A stretch of 64,000 nucleotides of DNA from Candidatus Woykebacteria bacterium (GCA_040876265.1 JBBDPN010000001.1:246208-310207); one strand, 5' to 3'; shown: positions 41,154 to 51,024, numbered from the stretch's first letter. A program made the numbers and translations. The notes: generated by a model not told the origin, from the letters alone.

Positions 41154-43001
41154 ATGTTATTTGGGTTGAGCGCATTTCTTTCAGCTGCCTTTTTATACAG
41201 TTCTTTTGGCTTTGCTTTTGCAATTGTTCTTATCGCGATCCGTAACCTATACCGTACTAATTGGACTCTAAGTAAAGAACTTACTCTTTTGCTGCTTTCT
41301 CAAATAGGCTCACTAGGGTTTAGTTATCTTGCGGTCCAACATTTAGGTTTGTCTCTATTGTTTCCTTTATCAATAAATATAATATTTCTACTTGTTACGG
41401 TCAGATTTCTGTCAAATTATTCTTGGATTGGTAGATATTTTCTTATTTCCAATTTCTCCCTTCTTTTTTTTGGATTGCTGTGGAGTATTTGGTTTATTTA
41501 TTCGATACCAATAAGCCCTCTGACTCGTATGCTAATTCTTTTAGCGGCTCCACTTGCTGTACTAACTATTCCTAGTGCTATAGTTCAATTCATCGAACAA
41601 TTTGAAGTCTTGTGTCGTAAAAACTGGATTAGACCGAGAGAAAGCTTGCCAATTACTCCAAGAGATTATTATCCTAAAGTTTCCCTGCAGGTGCCGATTT
41701 ATTCTGAGCCACCTGAAATCGTGATAGAAACCTTAGAGGCTCTATCTAAAATAGATTACCCAAACTTCGAGGTATTGGTAGTAGATAACAACACAAAAGA
41801 TTTAAACCTCTGGAGACCTGTTAGGGAGCATTGTCAAAAGCTAGGGGATAAATTTAGGTTTTTCCATCTTGATTCCTTGCCAGGTGCAAAAGCGGGTGCA
41901 TTAAACTTTGCCTTGATGGTTGCCGCACCTGATGCGGAAATAATCGGGGTGATTGACGCTGATTATCACGCTCAGCCAGACTTTTTAAAATCGCTCATCG
42001 GTTACTTTGATGATCCTAAAATAGGTTTTGTGCAGGCTCCACACGACTACAGAGACTGGGAGAATAACGCCTATCTACGTATGTGTTATTACGAATACAA
42101 AATTTTCTTTCACACTACCATGGTAGCTATTAACGAACGTGATGCTGCCATGACAGTCGGGACGATGTGTTTAATTAGGCGTCAAGCATTAGAAGAGGCT
42201 GGCGGTTGGGCTGAGTGGTGTGTGACTGAAGATTCGGAACTAGCTATTCGTATTCATGCCGTTGGGTACTCCTCAGTTTATCTGACCGAGTCTTACGGTA
42301 AGGGGCTTATTCCCGAAACTTTCGAGGGTTACAAAAACCAGCGTTACCGCTGGACGGCTGGCCCTGTACAGGAATTTAAACACCATTTTAATCTTTTGAT
42401 GCTTTGGCCCTGGAAGAAACCTTCTTTGTTGACTCTAGTGCAGCAGACACACCACCTCAATCACGGTTTAGATAGGGTTACAGTTGGTTTGGGGTTTTTA
42501 CTTATTCCTTTAGGGTTTGGTGTTATAGCTTCAATGGTTTTCCACCGCGAGGTGGTCCAAGTACCTTTTGAACTGTGGCTAGCTGCCACTGTACTTCTGA
42601 TATCAGGAGTTTTTTTAAATTGGCTTCTCTACAAAGTTGTCCTGGGTGCTTCCTTGAAAGATACAATTGGGGCACTTATAGCAAGTAAGGCCTTAAGTCA
42701 CACTATTTCTTTGGCTAGCTTTAGGGCAATTTTCAAAGAAAAAATGCCTTGGAATAGAACCGACAAGTTTAAGGCTAGTTCAAGGCTACTTAGAGCATTA
42801 GAAACTACGAAGGTCGAATTGTTACTAGGCTCAGGCATTTTTGTATTTATAGTCTTTGCTTTTCTGTTAATGCCCTTACCAGGGTTGTTATTAATGTTTT
42901 TGATCGGGATGGGTTATAAAGGTTTTGATTACTTATCTGCTTCACTAGTAGCTGTTTTATCTGAATTAAGTATAAACAAAGATAAAACCAAGGTAATTTA
43001 G
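41154..43001 (+). CDS. Processive membrane GT2 glycosyltransferase (cellulose synthase/NdvB-like)
   Basis: D, DAD, TED and QRYRW motifs; KAGALNF; TM helices at both ends. Confidence 0.9.
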   Translation: MLFGLSAFLSAAFLYSSFGFAFAIVLIAIRNLYRTNWTLSKELTLLLLSQIGSLGFSYLAVQHLGLSLLFPLSINIIFLLVTVRFLSNYSWIGRYFLISNFSLLFFGLLWSIWFIYSIPISPLTRMLILLAAPLAVLTIPSAIVQFIEQFEVLCRKNWIRPRESLPITPRDYYPKVSLQVPIYSEPPEIVIETLEALSKIDYPNFEVLVVDNNTKDLNLWRPVREHCQKLGDKFRFFHLDSLPGAKAGALNFALMVAAPDAEIIGVIDADYHAQPDFLKSLIGYFDDPKIGFVQAPHDYRDWENNAYLRMCYYEYKIFFHTTMVAINERDAAMTVGTMCLIRRQALEEAGGWAEWCVTEDSELAIRIHAVGYSSVYLTESYGKGLIPETFEGYKNQRYRWTAGPVQEFKHHFNLLMLWPWKKPSLLTLVQQTHHLNHGLDRVTVGLGFLLIPLGFGVIASMVFHREVVQVPFELWLAATVLLISGVFLNWLLYKVVLGASLKDTIGALIASKALSHTISLASFRAIFKEKMPWNRTDKFKASSRLLRALETTKVELLLGSGIFVFIVFAFLLMPLPGLLLMFLIGMGYKGFDYLSASLVAVLSELSINKDKTKVI

Positions 43002-43185
43002 GCTTTAACTTTAGCCATATTTTCTTGATGTGTCGGTCTATTTACATTACCACATTTTTTTGAAGTGCCGGCGTAATGGTCCTCCCATAGGTTCATTTAA
43101 CTATAAACCTCTGCTTCAAGTTCCTTGCCAAGTTGAACTTTAAGAAGAGTTGTAAACCACTCTACGGCAGCCTCGCCTTGCTTTT

Positions 43186-43300
43186 TTTGGGCTTATATTC
43201 CAGGTGGCACCGACCTATCAAGAGCTGATCAATGGAACACCTAGATTAGCCTGTCTTTTCAGGCTAAATGACGCCTATAAAACCTCACCAAAACAAATGG
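43186..43300 (+). pseudogene. Probable C-terminal remnant of a site-specific recombinase
   Basis: FGLIFQVAPTYQELINGTPRLACLFRLN...MVSPVGFEP reads in-frame into antisense tRNA-Lys; family resemblance recalled from memory only. Confidence 0.5.
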
Positions 43301-43372
43301 TGAGCCCGGTGGGATTCGAACCCACAACGCACAGCTTAAAAGGCTGTCGCTCTACCGTTGAGCTACGGGCCC
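43298..43372 (-). tRNA. tRNA-Lys(TTT)
   Basis: Anticodon loop CTTTTAA, CCA. Confidence 0.95.
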
Positions 43373-43538
43373 AAGATCAGCCTATCTTACCAAATTAGCC
43401 TTAAACTTTCAATAAAATTGATGTAATCCTAGCATTTTTGGTGTAAGATACAAAATTTTTTGTTCCAGGTGGTATAATCCCATAACAAACTGGGTAGGCT
43501 GGGATGAATTCATATCACAACAACTGGAGGAAGAGATC

Positions 43539-44036
43539 ATGTCCGAATCGGTAAGGGATGTGTTGCGGAAACTCGCGCAGAGACAAGCAAGGCTAGAACG
43601 CCTACGCAACCTTGGAGCCCCAGACTTCGTTCTAAAGAACGAGGAAGAGCTCGTTAAGAGGTCCGAGAGGAAACTCTGGGAAATGATGGACCCAGCCATA
43701 AGTACGGAAAATCAGGAAACGCCACCTATGCTTGGCATCCTTGGTAGAGAAACTCTTTTCGCAAGGTGCGAGGCTCTGATAGAAGAGCTTCTTGATGAAC
43801 TACTTCTAAGCAACCTAATCCAAAAGATGGACGAGATGCTGGAGAAGAGGGTACGAGAAGCGGGGATGGATGTACCGATGGAAATAGTTGGGACTGATGA
43901 GGAAATCACGCTGTTCCAAGAACATGCACCCCAGCTCTTTGAATTCCGTGAGATGACGTGGGAGGTCTACTTTAATCTAAAGGAGAGACCTCTCACCCAA
44001 AAGTGGGAGGAAGCACGAAAGCTCCTTAACTTGTAA
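43539..44036 (+). CDS. Hypothetical helical protein
   Basis: 165-aa ORF with SD GGAGG; no recognised motif. Confidence 0.65.
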   Translation: MSESVRDVLRKLAQRQARLERLRNLGAPDFVLKNEEELVKRSERKLWEMMDPAISTENQETPPMLGILGRETLFARCEALIEELLDELLLSNLIQKMDEMLEKRVREAGMDVPMEIVGTDEEITLFQEHAPQLFEFREMTWEVYFNLKERPLTQKWEEARKLLNL

Positions 44037-44301
44037 CGACAACCCGCACAACATTAGCTTTGGAGAGGGTTTCAATTCCTGCCCTTTCCTTCCTTTAAAC
44101 CTTAAAGGTACGAGAACTTTTTGGCCAAACAACTTAAACTGTGTTACAAACTCCTTAAACCTGAACAAAAACTTTCGTGGATCCCCAACCTTATAGTTAT
44201 CAAAACTATTCCCCAACGAACTATAAATGTATCAAGTTGACATATCTTATAGTATTGGTGTATAATAATGTTCCAGTAGGGCCTGCTGGTAAGGAGAAGC
44301 T

Positions 44302-44640
44302 ATGGAAAAGAGAAGGCAGGATTACTACAAAGGAAGATGGAAACGATACGTAGTTGCCACCCTATATGCCCTATTGTTACTCGCCGAAGCCGGCGAGTTT
44401 TTTGTAGCCAATGAGACTCACTACCCTCAGAACCAACACACTGAAGCCGTCCACACTATGGATATACCCGACCACCTACCCGAAGGTAATGAAAAAAAGG
44501 AATTAAAGGCGGTAAAAGTTTGTACTATCAACAGAGCATACCGTGTCCACAGTGTCTCTGCAAATAAATCTTGCTGTATGGAAACCATTTTCACAGATAC
44601 CGAGCTTTCAGCTAATACCCTTGCGGAAAATATCGCTTGA
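44302..44640 (+). CDS. Hypothetical protein with N-terminal TM/signal segment
   Basis: TTGACA-18-TATAAT promoter and SD AAGGAG upstream. Confidence 0.55.
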   Translation: MEKRRQDYYKGRWKRYVVATLYALLLLAEAGEFFVANETHYPQNQHTEAVHTMDIPDHLPEGNEKKELKAVKVCTINRAYRVHSVSANKSCCMETIFTDTELSANTLAENIA

Positions 44641-44675
44641 TTACCTATTGACAAATAATAATCGAAAAAGGTATT

Positions 44676-45233
44676 GTGGAGAAAGCTATGAGGTTTACCA
44701 GATATTTCAAAAAATTCCAATCAAAGCTGGTTTTACCGATGATAGCCACTGCTATTTTACTCGTCCTCTTAGCTGTCAACCCATCCAGTACTAATCCGAC
44801 TAACGCAGGGAAAATGATTAATTCTGAAGATACAAAAGTCTTGGCAGAACAATCGGAAGAAGCCTCGTCGCAATCAACCAAAAGTTCTACAGAAAGCCAA
44901 AACATCAATTCAGAGGTCGATGAACAATCCTCCCGATCTTCTACAAACTCAAGTTTTAGTCTTTCTATAAACGCCAGCTCTTTCACCACTAACGGTGAAA
45001 CTACAGGGTCCACAGATATCTCTGCAAAAATTAACGAAAACAATCTAGGTGACGTATTCGACGAGTGTATGGAAAATGGTGATGTGAAAATAAACGCGGA
45101 CAGAACAAAGGTCGATTGTGAGTATAATGATGGAACGTTAGAAATAGATTTTAGGTCAGACAACCGGACAAGAACAAAAAATAAAAGCGAGTTTAGTTCA
45201 AAGATAGAAACTAAGAACAATCACGACGATTAA
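44676..45233 (+). CDS. Hypothetical secreted Ser/Thr-rich protein
   Basis: N-terminal hydrophobic helix, low-complexity S/T/N linker. Confidence 0.6.
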   Translation: MEKAMRFTRYFKKFQSKLVLPMIATAILLVLLAVNPSSTNPTNAGKMINSEDTKVLAEQSEEASSQSTKSSTESQNINSEVDEQSSRSSTNSSFSLSINASSFTTNGETTGSTDISAKINENNLGDVFDECMENGDVKINADRTKVDCEYNDGTLEIDFRSDNRTRTKNKSEFSSKIETKNNHDD

Positions 45234-45286
45234 ACCACAAATCTTCTTTTTGACTTTTTTCCTAGTTTAAAAGATAATAATTTCAA

Positions 45287-45793
45287 ATGGCAGACCCTGC
45301 CCCGGACAGAGATATAGAATTTCTAGGACCAGAGTTCTCTAGCCCAAAGGATATCTTCAGGCAGATAGATCCTTCTGTCTACAAGCAACTTCTCATTTTT
45401 TTGGGAATATCCATATTACTCGCTGCCGGATTTTATATTTACCTTCAAATTAGCCAGAACGCACAAGTAAATAGGGAAACTGGTAGACCCCAAAGCCAGG
45501 TCCAGACAACAAATAAAGAAGCAGAAGAAGTGATAAAGCAGATTTTTAGTCGGGATCAACAGCGAAAAAATGACGTGGCGACAATAAATTCCGCGTTGAA
45601 AAGTTTCTTTTTAGATAATAAGAAAGCACCAGAAACATTAGATGAACTTGTTCCTGAAATTCTTGCCCAGCTGCCAACGGACCCCGAGACCAGTGAGAAC
45701 TATAAGTATGAGCCGGCGGCTGATCTCACCAACTGGAAAATTTCGGCGATACTGTCAAAAGATAAAATGTTTGAAGTAGAAGGCCCTAGATAA
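45287..45793 (+). CDS. Membrane protein with pseudopilin/GspG-like C-terminal domain
   Basis: RDQQRKNDV..I.SAL..F, P.TL.ELVP....LPTDP....YKY. Confidence 0.65.
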   Translation: MADPAPDRDIEFLGPEFSSPKDIFRQIDPSVYKQLLIFLGISILLAAGFYIYLQISQNAQVNRETGRPQSQVQTTNKEAEEVIKQIFSRDQQRKNDVATINSALKSFFLDNKKAPETLDELVPEILAQLPTDPETSENYKYEPAADLTNWKISAILSKDKMFEVEGPR

Positions 45794-45794
45794 A

Positions 45795-48080
45795 TTACGC
45801 TGAACGCTTACCGACTAGCTCTTTTTCCGCCTCGTGAACTATCTTCCGGGTTTTTTCAATTGCATCGGGCGATACCGAAACTGAAGATATACCCCAACCT
45901 ACTAATTTTTTAGTCAACTCTGGATAAACTGAAGGGGCTTGACCGCAAATACACGAATAGAGCCTTCTTTTCTGGCATTCCTTTATCACCCGCTCAATGC
46001 TAGCTAAAACAGATGGATCCAGCTCATTGAACTCTCCGGAAATTTTAGCATTATCTCTATCCAGACCTAAAAGCAGCATTGTCAAATCATTGCTACCAAT
46101 GGAAATACCGTCTATCCCCAAATCTAAAAACTTATCGATCAAAACTACGTTCGAGGGTATTTCGACCATCATCAGCAGTTTAAAGCTACTGCTGCGGTGT
46201 AGACCGGACGCGGAAACAAGTTTTTTTACCTTTTCCATCTCATCGACAGTTCTCACAAAGGGTATCATGAGCCATATATTTTTGAATCCTTTTTTGTTCC
46301 GGACGATTTTGATGGCCTCTAGTTCCATTTCGAAAACCTGTGGATCAGAGACGTACCGATAGGCTCCCCGATATCCCAGAAGTGGATTTACCTCATCCTC
46401 TTCATACTTTTCCCCACCTTTTAAATTTTTGTATTCGTTTGTCTTAAAATCTGTTGCTCGGTAGATAACTGGCCGGGGCTCAAAGGCAGAAGCAAAAAGT
46501 TCTAAACCTTCTGCTAGTTTATTGATAAAAACTTTTTGTTTTCCATCGCTTATCATTTTTCTTGGGTGGGTACCGATTTCGGCAATCATAAACTCGGCTC
46601 TCAAAAGCCCCACTCCATCCACATGCCTAGTGGCTACTTCTTGAGCGAGCTGTTTTTCGCCAAGATTTACGAGCACCTTAGTAGCTGTTTTCAAAAATCG
46701 AGTTTGAGCTCCTTCTTTCTTCTCAGCAAACTCCATCGCGGCAAGCCGATTTTGACTTAAAGCGCCCTTGTAAACCAAACCCGCTTCCCCATTAACCGTT
46801 ACTACACTTCGGTTATTGTGTAATAATTTCGTAGCTGTATCTGTACCGACCACACAGGGTATCCCTAGCTCTCGTGAGACGATAGCAGCGTGGGAAGTAC
46901 GGCCGCCTTTGTCCGTTATTATCGCCGCTGCTTTTTTCATAGCCGGTACGTAGTCTGGGTCGGTCATTGTTGCTACCAGTACATCACCGTTTTTAATTTT
47001 ATGAATTTCCTTTGCGCTCTTGAGGATTTTTGACGTACCAACACCAATCCCTGGCGACGCTGGTGATCCTTTTAGCAAAATCGGTAGATCAATTGTTATA
47101 CTCTGCCGACTACCCTCTTTTGTTTTACCAATTGTGGTGACTGCTCTTGCTTGAACTATATAAAGTTTTTCTTCCTCCAAGGCCCACTCAATATCCTGAG
47201 GAAAACCATAGTGACTTTCAATTTTTTTGCCAAGTCTAGCCAGTGACTTTATGAACCTGTCGGGAAGTTTTTGGACAGAGCGGTATTTTTTACCAACCAA
47301 AATTTCTTTATTGCTCTTCCCAATCTTTATCAGTTGCTTATCCTGAGCCGCAATTTGTTTTTCAGTGAGCTTTAAATCCTCTTTATCAAGCTCGTAGTGA
47401 TCAGGGTTTACTGTACCCTGAACCATAAACTCCCCCAACCCCCAAACGGCCTCAATAATTACTTTCTTTTTATTATTCTGGACTGGGTCAACAGTAAACA
47501 TTACCCCTGATACCTCAGACTGAACCATTTCCTGAACAACAACCGCAATACCAACTTTGAAATGATCAAATTTTTTCTCTTCCCGGTAAAAAATCGCCCG
47601 TGGCTCGTATAATGAAGCCCAGCATCTACTTACAGCGTCAAGCAATTCCCTCTCTCCCTGTACATTAAGAAAAGTCTCTTGTTGACCAGCGAAAGAAGCA
47701 TCGGGTAGATCCTCAGCGGTAGCAGAAGAACGAACCGCTACTAGAGCTGGCCCTTGTTTAGATAATTTTCGATAATTGGTAACTATTTTGGTGGTTAATT
47801 CTTTTGGAACTGGCGATTTTCTTATTAAATCTTTTATTAGTGAGGAGGCTTCGTTGAGAAGTTCGGACTCGTTTGGATCTACTTTATCCAGTAACTTTTT
47901 GAACTTACTTTTTAGGTCAGCCTTTTCTAAAAAATCAAAATAGGCACCGGCGGTAATAGTAAAGCCATCAGGAACAGGAACGTTTATTTTTGCAAGTTCA
48001 CCAAGATTGGCGGCTTTACCACCAACCAAAGGAACGTCCTCTTTATCGGTTTGAGAAAACCAAAGAATAGATTCGGGCAT
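45795..48080 (-). CDS. ppsA: Phosphoenolpyruvate synthase
   Basis: VGGKAANLGE, RSSATAEDLPDASFAGQQET, GGRTSHAAIVSRE, GLLRAEF, IGSNDL. Confidence 0.97.
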   Translation of the reverse strand: MPESILWFSQTDKEDVPLVGGKAANLGELAKINVPVPDGFTITAGAYFDFLEKADLKSKFKKLLDKVDPNESELLNEASSLIKDLIRKSPVPKELTTKIVTNYRKLSKQGPALVAVRSSATAEDLPDASFAGQQETFLNVQGERELLDAVSRCWASLYEPRAIFYREEKKFDHFKVGIAVVVQEMVQSEVSGVMFTVDPVQNNKKKVIIEAVWGLGEFMVQGTVNPDHYELDKEDLKLTEKQIAAQDKQLIKIGKSNKEILVGKKYRSVQKLPDRFIKSLARLGKKIESHYGFPQDIEWALEEEKLYIVQARAVTTIGKTKEGSRQSITIDLPILLKGSPASPGIGVGTSKILKSAKEIHKIKNGDVLVATMTDPDYVPAMKKAAAIITDKGGRTSHAAIVSRELGIPCVVGTDTATKLLHNNRSVVTVNGEAGLVYKGALSQNRLAAMEFAEKKEGAQTRFLKTATKVLVNLGEKQLAQEVATRHVDGVGLLRAEFMIAEIGTHPRKMISDGKQKVFINKLAEGLELFASAFEPRPVIYRATDFKTNEYKNLKGGEKYEEDEVNPLLGYRGAYRYVSDPQVFEMELEAIKIVRNKKGFKNIWLMIPFVRTVDEMEKVKKLVSASGLHRSSSFKLLMMVEIPSNVVLIDKFLDLGIDGISIGSNDLTMLLLGLDRDNAKISGEFNELDPSVLASIERVIKECQKRRLYSCICGQAPSVYPELTKKLVGWGISSVSVSPDAIEKTRKIVHEAEKELVGKRSA

Positions 48081-48148
48081 GTAAAGCAAATTTTAACACG
48101 CTCCTTAAGCGCTAATCAATGTCTATTACAAGAGAGACGCTACCTTAT

Positions 48149-48826
48149 CTATTCCAAGATTCGATCGAAGAATTTCTTCAGAACTTTTTCGGCAGTCTCC
48201 TTACCGCCAAGTCCAAAAGCGAGACCACCAGAAAGAGCAAGCATAGCGACTAGACCGGTAAAGAGTATTCTTATAAGGTCGGTAGCAACCCCAAGTTGGT
48301 TTAAAGCAGCCAGGAAGGAAAAGATAATTATCGCCCACCTTGCTACCTCACCAACGATCTGGGAAAGTTGAGCTCCAAGACCTGTAGCTGTCGCCGTAAC
48401 AAAATCACGGGCGATCTTCGCAAAAATCGCTCCAATTGCGACAATGATAACGGCAACTACCACGTTAGGAATATACAAGAGCAATGATTTGAGTATGTCG
48501 TTTACCTCGCCTAGCCCCAGTTGATCTACCGCTGGTATTAAGAAGATTAGGATCACAAACCAACGCAGTAATTCCCCAAGCAAGCTAGAAATTGTAAGTG
48601 AAGTTTCCGTTTTTTTTAGAGCATGAGTAATTCCGGTGGTTGACAGAGCTTGTTCGAAATTGACCGTCTCCAAAATCCTTAACAAGATCCTACGCAGTAT
48701 CGAAGCAACAATTACGCCAACTATAAAGATAACAAACGCAGCGAGCAGATTTGGCAAAAAGTTGGCTGTTGCTACCAAAGAATCGCTTAGAGCAGAGGTC
48801 ACACTACTTCCAATGTCGTTTATCAA
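48149..48826 (-). CDS. CmpX/MscS TM1-TM2-like membrane protein (TTG start)
   Basis: FLPNLLAA, YIPNVVVA, AALNQLGV, LAFGLGG; SD GGGAGGTG. Confidence 0.85.
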   Translation of the reverse strand: MINDIGSSVTSALSDSLVATANFLPNLLAAFVIFIVGVIVASILRRILLRILETVNFEQALSTTGITHALKKTETSLTISSLLGELLRWFVILIFLIPAVDQLGLGEVNDILKSLLLYIPNVVVAVIIVAIGAIFAKIARDFVTATATGLGAQLSQIVGEVARWAIIIFSFLAALNQLGVATDLIRILFTGLVAMLALSGGLAFGLGGKETAEKVLKKFFDRILE

Positions 48827-48945
48827 GATTTTCACCTCCCATCTACCATATAGTATATTAGTAAATCCATTATTATGTCAACATAAAAACACAGCCCCGC
48901 TCTTTTCGCGGGACCATGTTTAAATTTTTGAGAGAGTCTCTTATG

Positions 48946-49611
48946 TTACTTGGCCCTATCCATGAATCTTTTAACTAGATCAGCAGCTGCATCTTTGCCA
49001 GCCAAACCAAAAGCTAAAGCACCAGCGGCAAGAGCAGCAATTATAAGTAGTCTTACCACTTCGACTGTTACTCCTAAGGCGCTAAGTGACTTCAAACCAG
49101 CGAACACTAGGATAGCTACGTAGGCAACATTAGCAATAATATGGGCCGGATTAGTTCCAACTATCATGCCTACAGATGCTATTACACGATGGATAAACCA
49201 AGCAATGACGAACCCGAAAAGTAGGTACAGTGCTGCGATTATTACGCTAGTTATGTAACCAAAAACTTGCGAAAAAACGACGTCGGCCCCTCCGATCTGA
49301 AGGCTACCAACCGCTGCGACCAAGAAGACAACAATTGCAATCCAGCGCACTGCCTCCCCAATAAGAGTTGTTACGTCAGTGTTTTCATGCGACTTAACCA
49401 CCGCTGAGTAGAAAGGTAGCCCTGATAGAGCTCTTTCTAGGCTGACTGCCTTGGAAACCTCTTCCACTACTCTCTTTAACACCCAACCGACGATAACACC
49501 GACAGCAACGGCGATAATTGCAGCAATTATGTTGGTGAGTGTGGGTACGAAATTATCGAAGAAGTTAGAAACGGAAGACTGGGATAGTTCAATATATTCT
49601 TGAATGGTCAA
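48946..49611 (-). CDS. CmpX/MscS TM1-TM2-like membrane protein, paralog (TTG start)
   Basis: Same architecture, LAFGLAGKD; SD GGGGGTG. Confidence 0.8.
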   Translation of the reverse strand: MTIQEYIELSQSSVSNFFDNFVPTLTNIIAAIIAVAVGVIVGWVLKRVVEEVSKAVSLERALSGLPFYSAVVKSHENTDVTTLIGEAVRWIAIVVFLVAAVGSLQIGGADVVFSQVFGYITSVIIAALYLLFGFVIAWFIHRVIASVGMIVGTNPAHIIANVAYVAILVFAGLKSLSALGVTVEVVRLLIIAALAAGALAFGLAGKDAAADLVKRFMDRAK

Positions 49612-49737
49612 TTTTTTCACCCCCTTTCATGCAATCTCGGACTTTGTATCTGTCTGCGCACCCGGGGGCAGATAAATTTCACTTTTAGTCTACAAACAAA
49701 ATCTAATATTGTCAAATTTCACAAGAAAAATCAGTCA

Positions 49738-50850
49738 CTACATCTGTTCAACATTTTCCCAGGGGAATATATCCCTGCCAAAGTGTCCATAGGCGGCCGT
49801 TCTTTGGTAAATGGGACTTCTTAGTTTTAAGCTATCTAGTATTCCTGGAACAGATAGGTCTATTAAATCTTTGGCGAATTTTTCGATAGAAGTCAATTTG
49901 GTTTTCTCGGTCCCAAATGTCTCAATTGAAAACGCCACCGGCCGCCTCTGCCCAATCGCATAAGCTATCTGAACCTCTGCTTTATCGGCCAATCCTTGAG
50001 CGACAATGTTTTTCGCAATATATCTAGTTGCATACGCACCGGATCTATCAACTTTGGTTGGGTCTTTTCCGGAAAAACAACCTCCGCCTACACGCGCTTG
50101 ACCACCGTAAGTGTCAACTACAATTTTTCGTCCAGTTACACCGGTATCTGACTGGGGACCTGGTGTTGTCCAGTTTTCACCAGCTCCGTTAATAATTACC
50201 CTACTCTCGGATATCTTATAACCAAACTCATCCAACACAGGCCTAATCAAAAGCCTAAGTAGATCATTTTTTAATTGCCCACGTCCCAATTTTGATGAGG
50301 CAGCCACTGCCATCACTACGTTTTCTACTCTGATGGGACTGCCTTCCTCATAAGAAACTGTTACCTGACTTTTACCATCTGGATAAAGGTAATTTAATTT
50401 TCTGGTTTCTCTTAAGCTATCCAATTTTTCTACCAAAAGGTGGGCGATAGCAATTGGGGCAGGCATCAACTGCTTTGTTTCGTTTGTCGCATAGCCAAAC
50501 ACCATACCTTGATCACCAGCTCCACCTGCTTCGACTCCATGACTTATCTGTGGTGACTGCTCATGAACATATATATCTATAGGGGAATTGCTACCAAAGT
50601 TAAACTCTCCCTTAGTGTAGCCAAGTTTCGATATCGTCGCCTTGGCAATATTTGTGTAATTTAGCTTTGATTTACACGTGACTTCTCCAGCGATAAACAC
50701 CCGATTTTTGGTCACCATTGTTTCTACTGCCACACGTGAGTTTGTATCCTCTCTTAAGGCAGCATCTAGGATGGCGTCGGAAACCTGATCACAAATTTTA
50801 TCGGGGTGGCCGGCAGCGACTGATTCTGAGGTAAAAAGTTTATAATTCAT
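49738..50850 (-). CDS. metK: S-adenosylmethionine synthetase (start ATG 50850)
   Basis: FTSESV..GHPDKICDQVSD, GAGDQG, GRKIVVDTYGG, SGKDPTKVDRSG. Confidence 0.97.
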   Translation of the reverse strand: MNYKLFTSESVAAGHPDKICDQVSDAILDAALREDTNSRVAVETMVTKNRVFIAGEVTCKSKLNYTNIAKATISKLGYTKGEFNFGSNSPIDIYVHEQSPQISHGVEAGGAGDQGMVFGYATNETKQLMPAPIAIAHLLVEKLDSLRETRKLNYLYPDGKSQVTVSYEEGSPIRVENVVMAVAASSKLGRGQLKNDLLRLLIRPVLDEFGYKISESRVIINGAGENWTTPGPQSDTGVTGRKIVVDTYGGQARVGGGCFSGKDPTKVDRSGAYATRYIAKNIVAQGLADKAEVQIAYAIGQRRPVAFSIETFGTEKTKLTSIEKFAKDLIDLSVPGILDSLKLRSPIYQRTAAYGHFGRDIFPWENVEQM

Positions 50851-50855
50851 TGGAT

Positions 50856-50956
50856 TTCCTTTTCGTCTCAAAGGACGTATCCCCCACACATGGTGGGATG
50901 GCACCCTACTCCAAAAGGGTTGCCGGTCCGATACCAAATCGGACTCTCCTGATACT
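50856..50956 (-). ncRNA. SAM-I/IV-type riboswitch
   Basis: P1 GTATC/GATAC, J1/2 AGGAG, P2 hairpin, P3 GGCAACC/GGTGCC, P4 CCCAC/GTGGG, P5 GTC/GAC, pseudoknot CCTTTT/AAAAGG; lies upstream of metK. Confidence 0.85.
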
Positions 50957-50964
50957 TGGGAAGT

Positions 50965-50993
50965 ATTTTGACAAGCGGGAGCACCCTTGTCAA
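50965..50993 (-). promoter_or_regulatory. Putative sigma70 promoter for riboswitch-metK, within a TTGACAAG/CTTGTCAA inverted repeat
   Basis: TTGACA-17-CAAAAT on minus strand, about 9 nt before P1. Confidence 0.55.
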
Positions 50994-51024
50994 GGTGAGA
51001 AATATATTGTAAGTTTATCCAGAC

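Larger units (their letters stand above)
40453..43306. mobile_element. Decayed tandem integrative islands at the 3' end of tRNA-Lys(TTT)
   Basis: Copies of the tRNA 3'-end complement TGGTGA(G/A)CC at 40453, 40945 and 43298; recombinase-like C-terminal remnant reading into the tRNA. Confidence 0.55.

Noticed and set aside
42996-43140. Short minus-strand frame MNLWEDHYAG... downstream of the GT2 gene
   Set aside because: About 33 aa with no SD or motif; probably island debris and cannot be supported as a gene.
44090-44165. Short C(C/T)TTAAAC(C/T) direct repeats as possible iterons or operators
   Set aside because: Short, AT-rich and irregularly spaced; compatible with chance.
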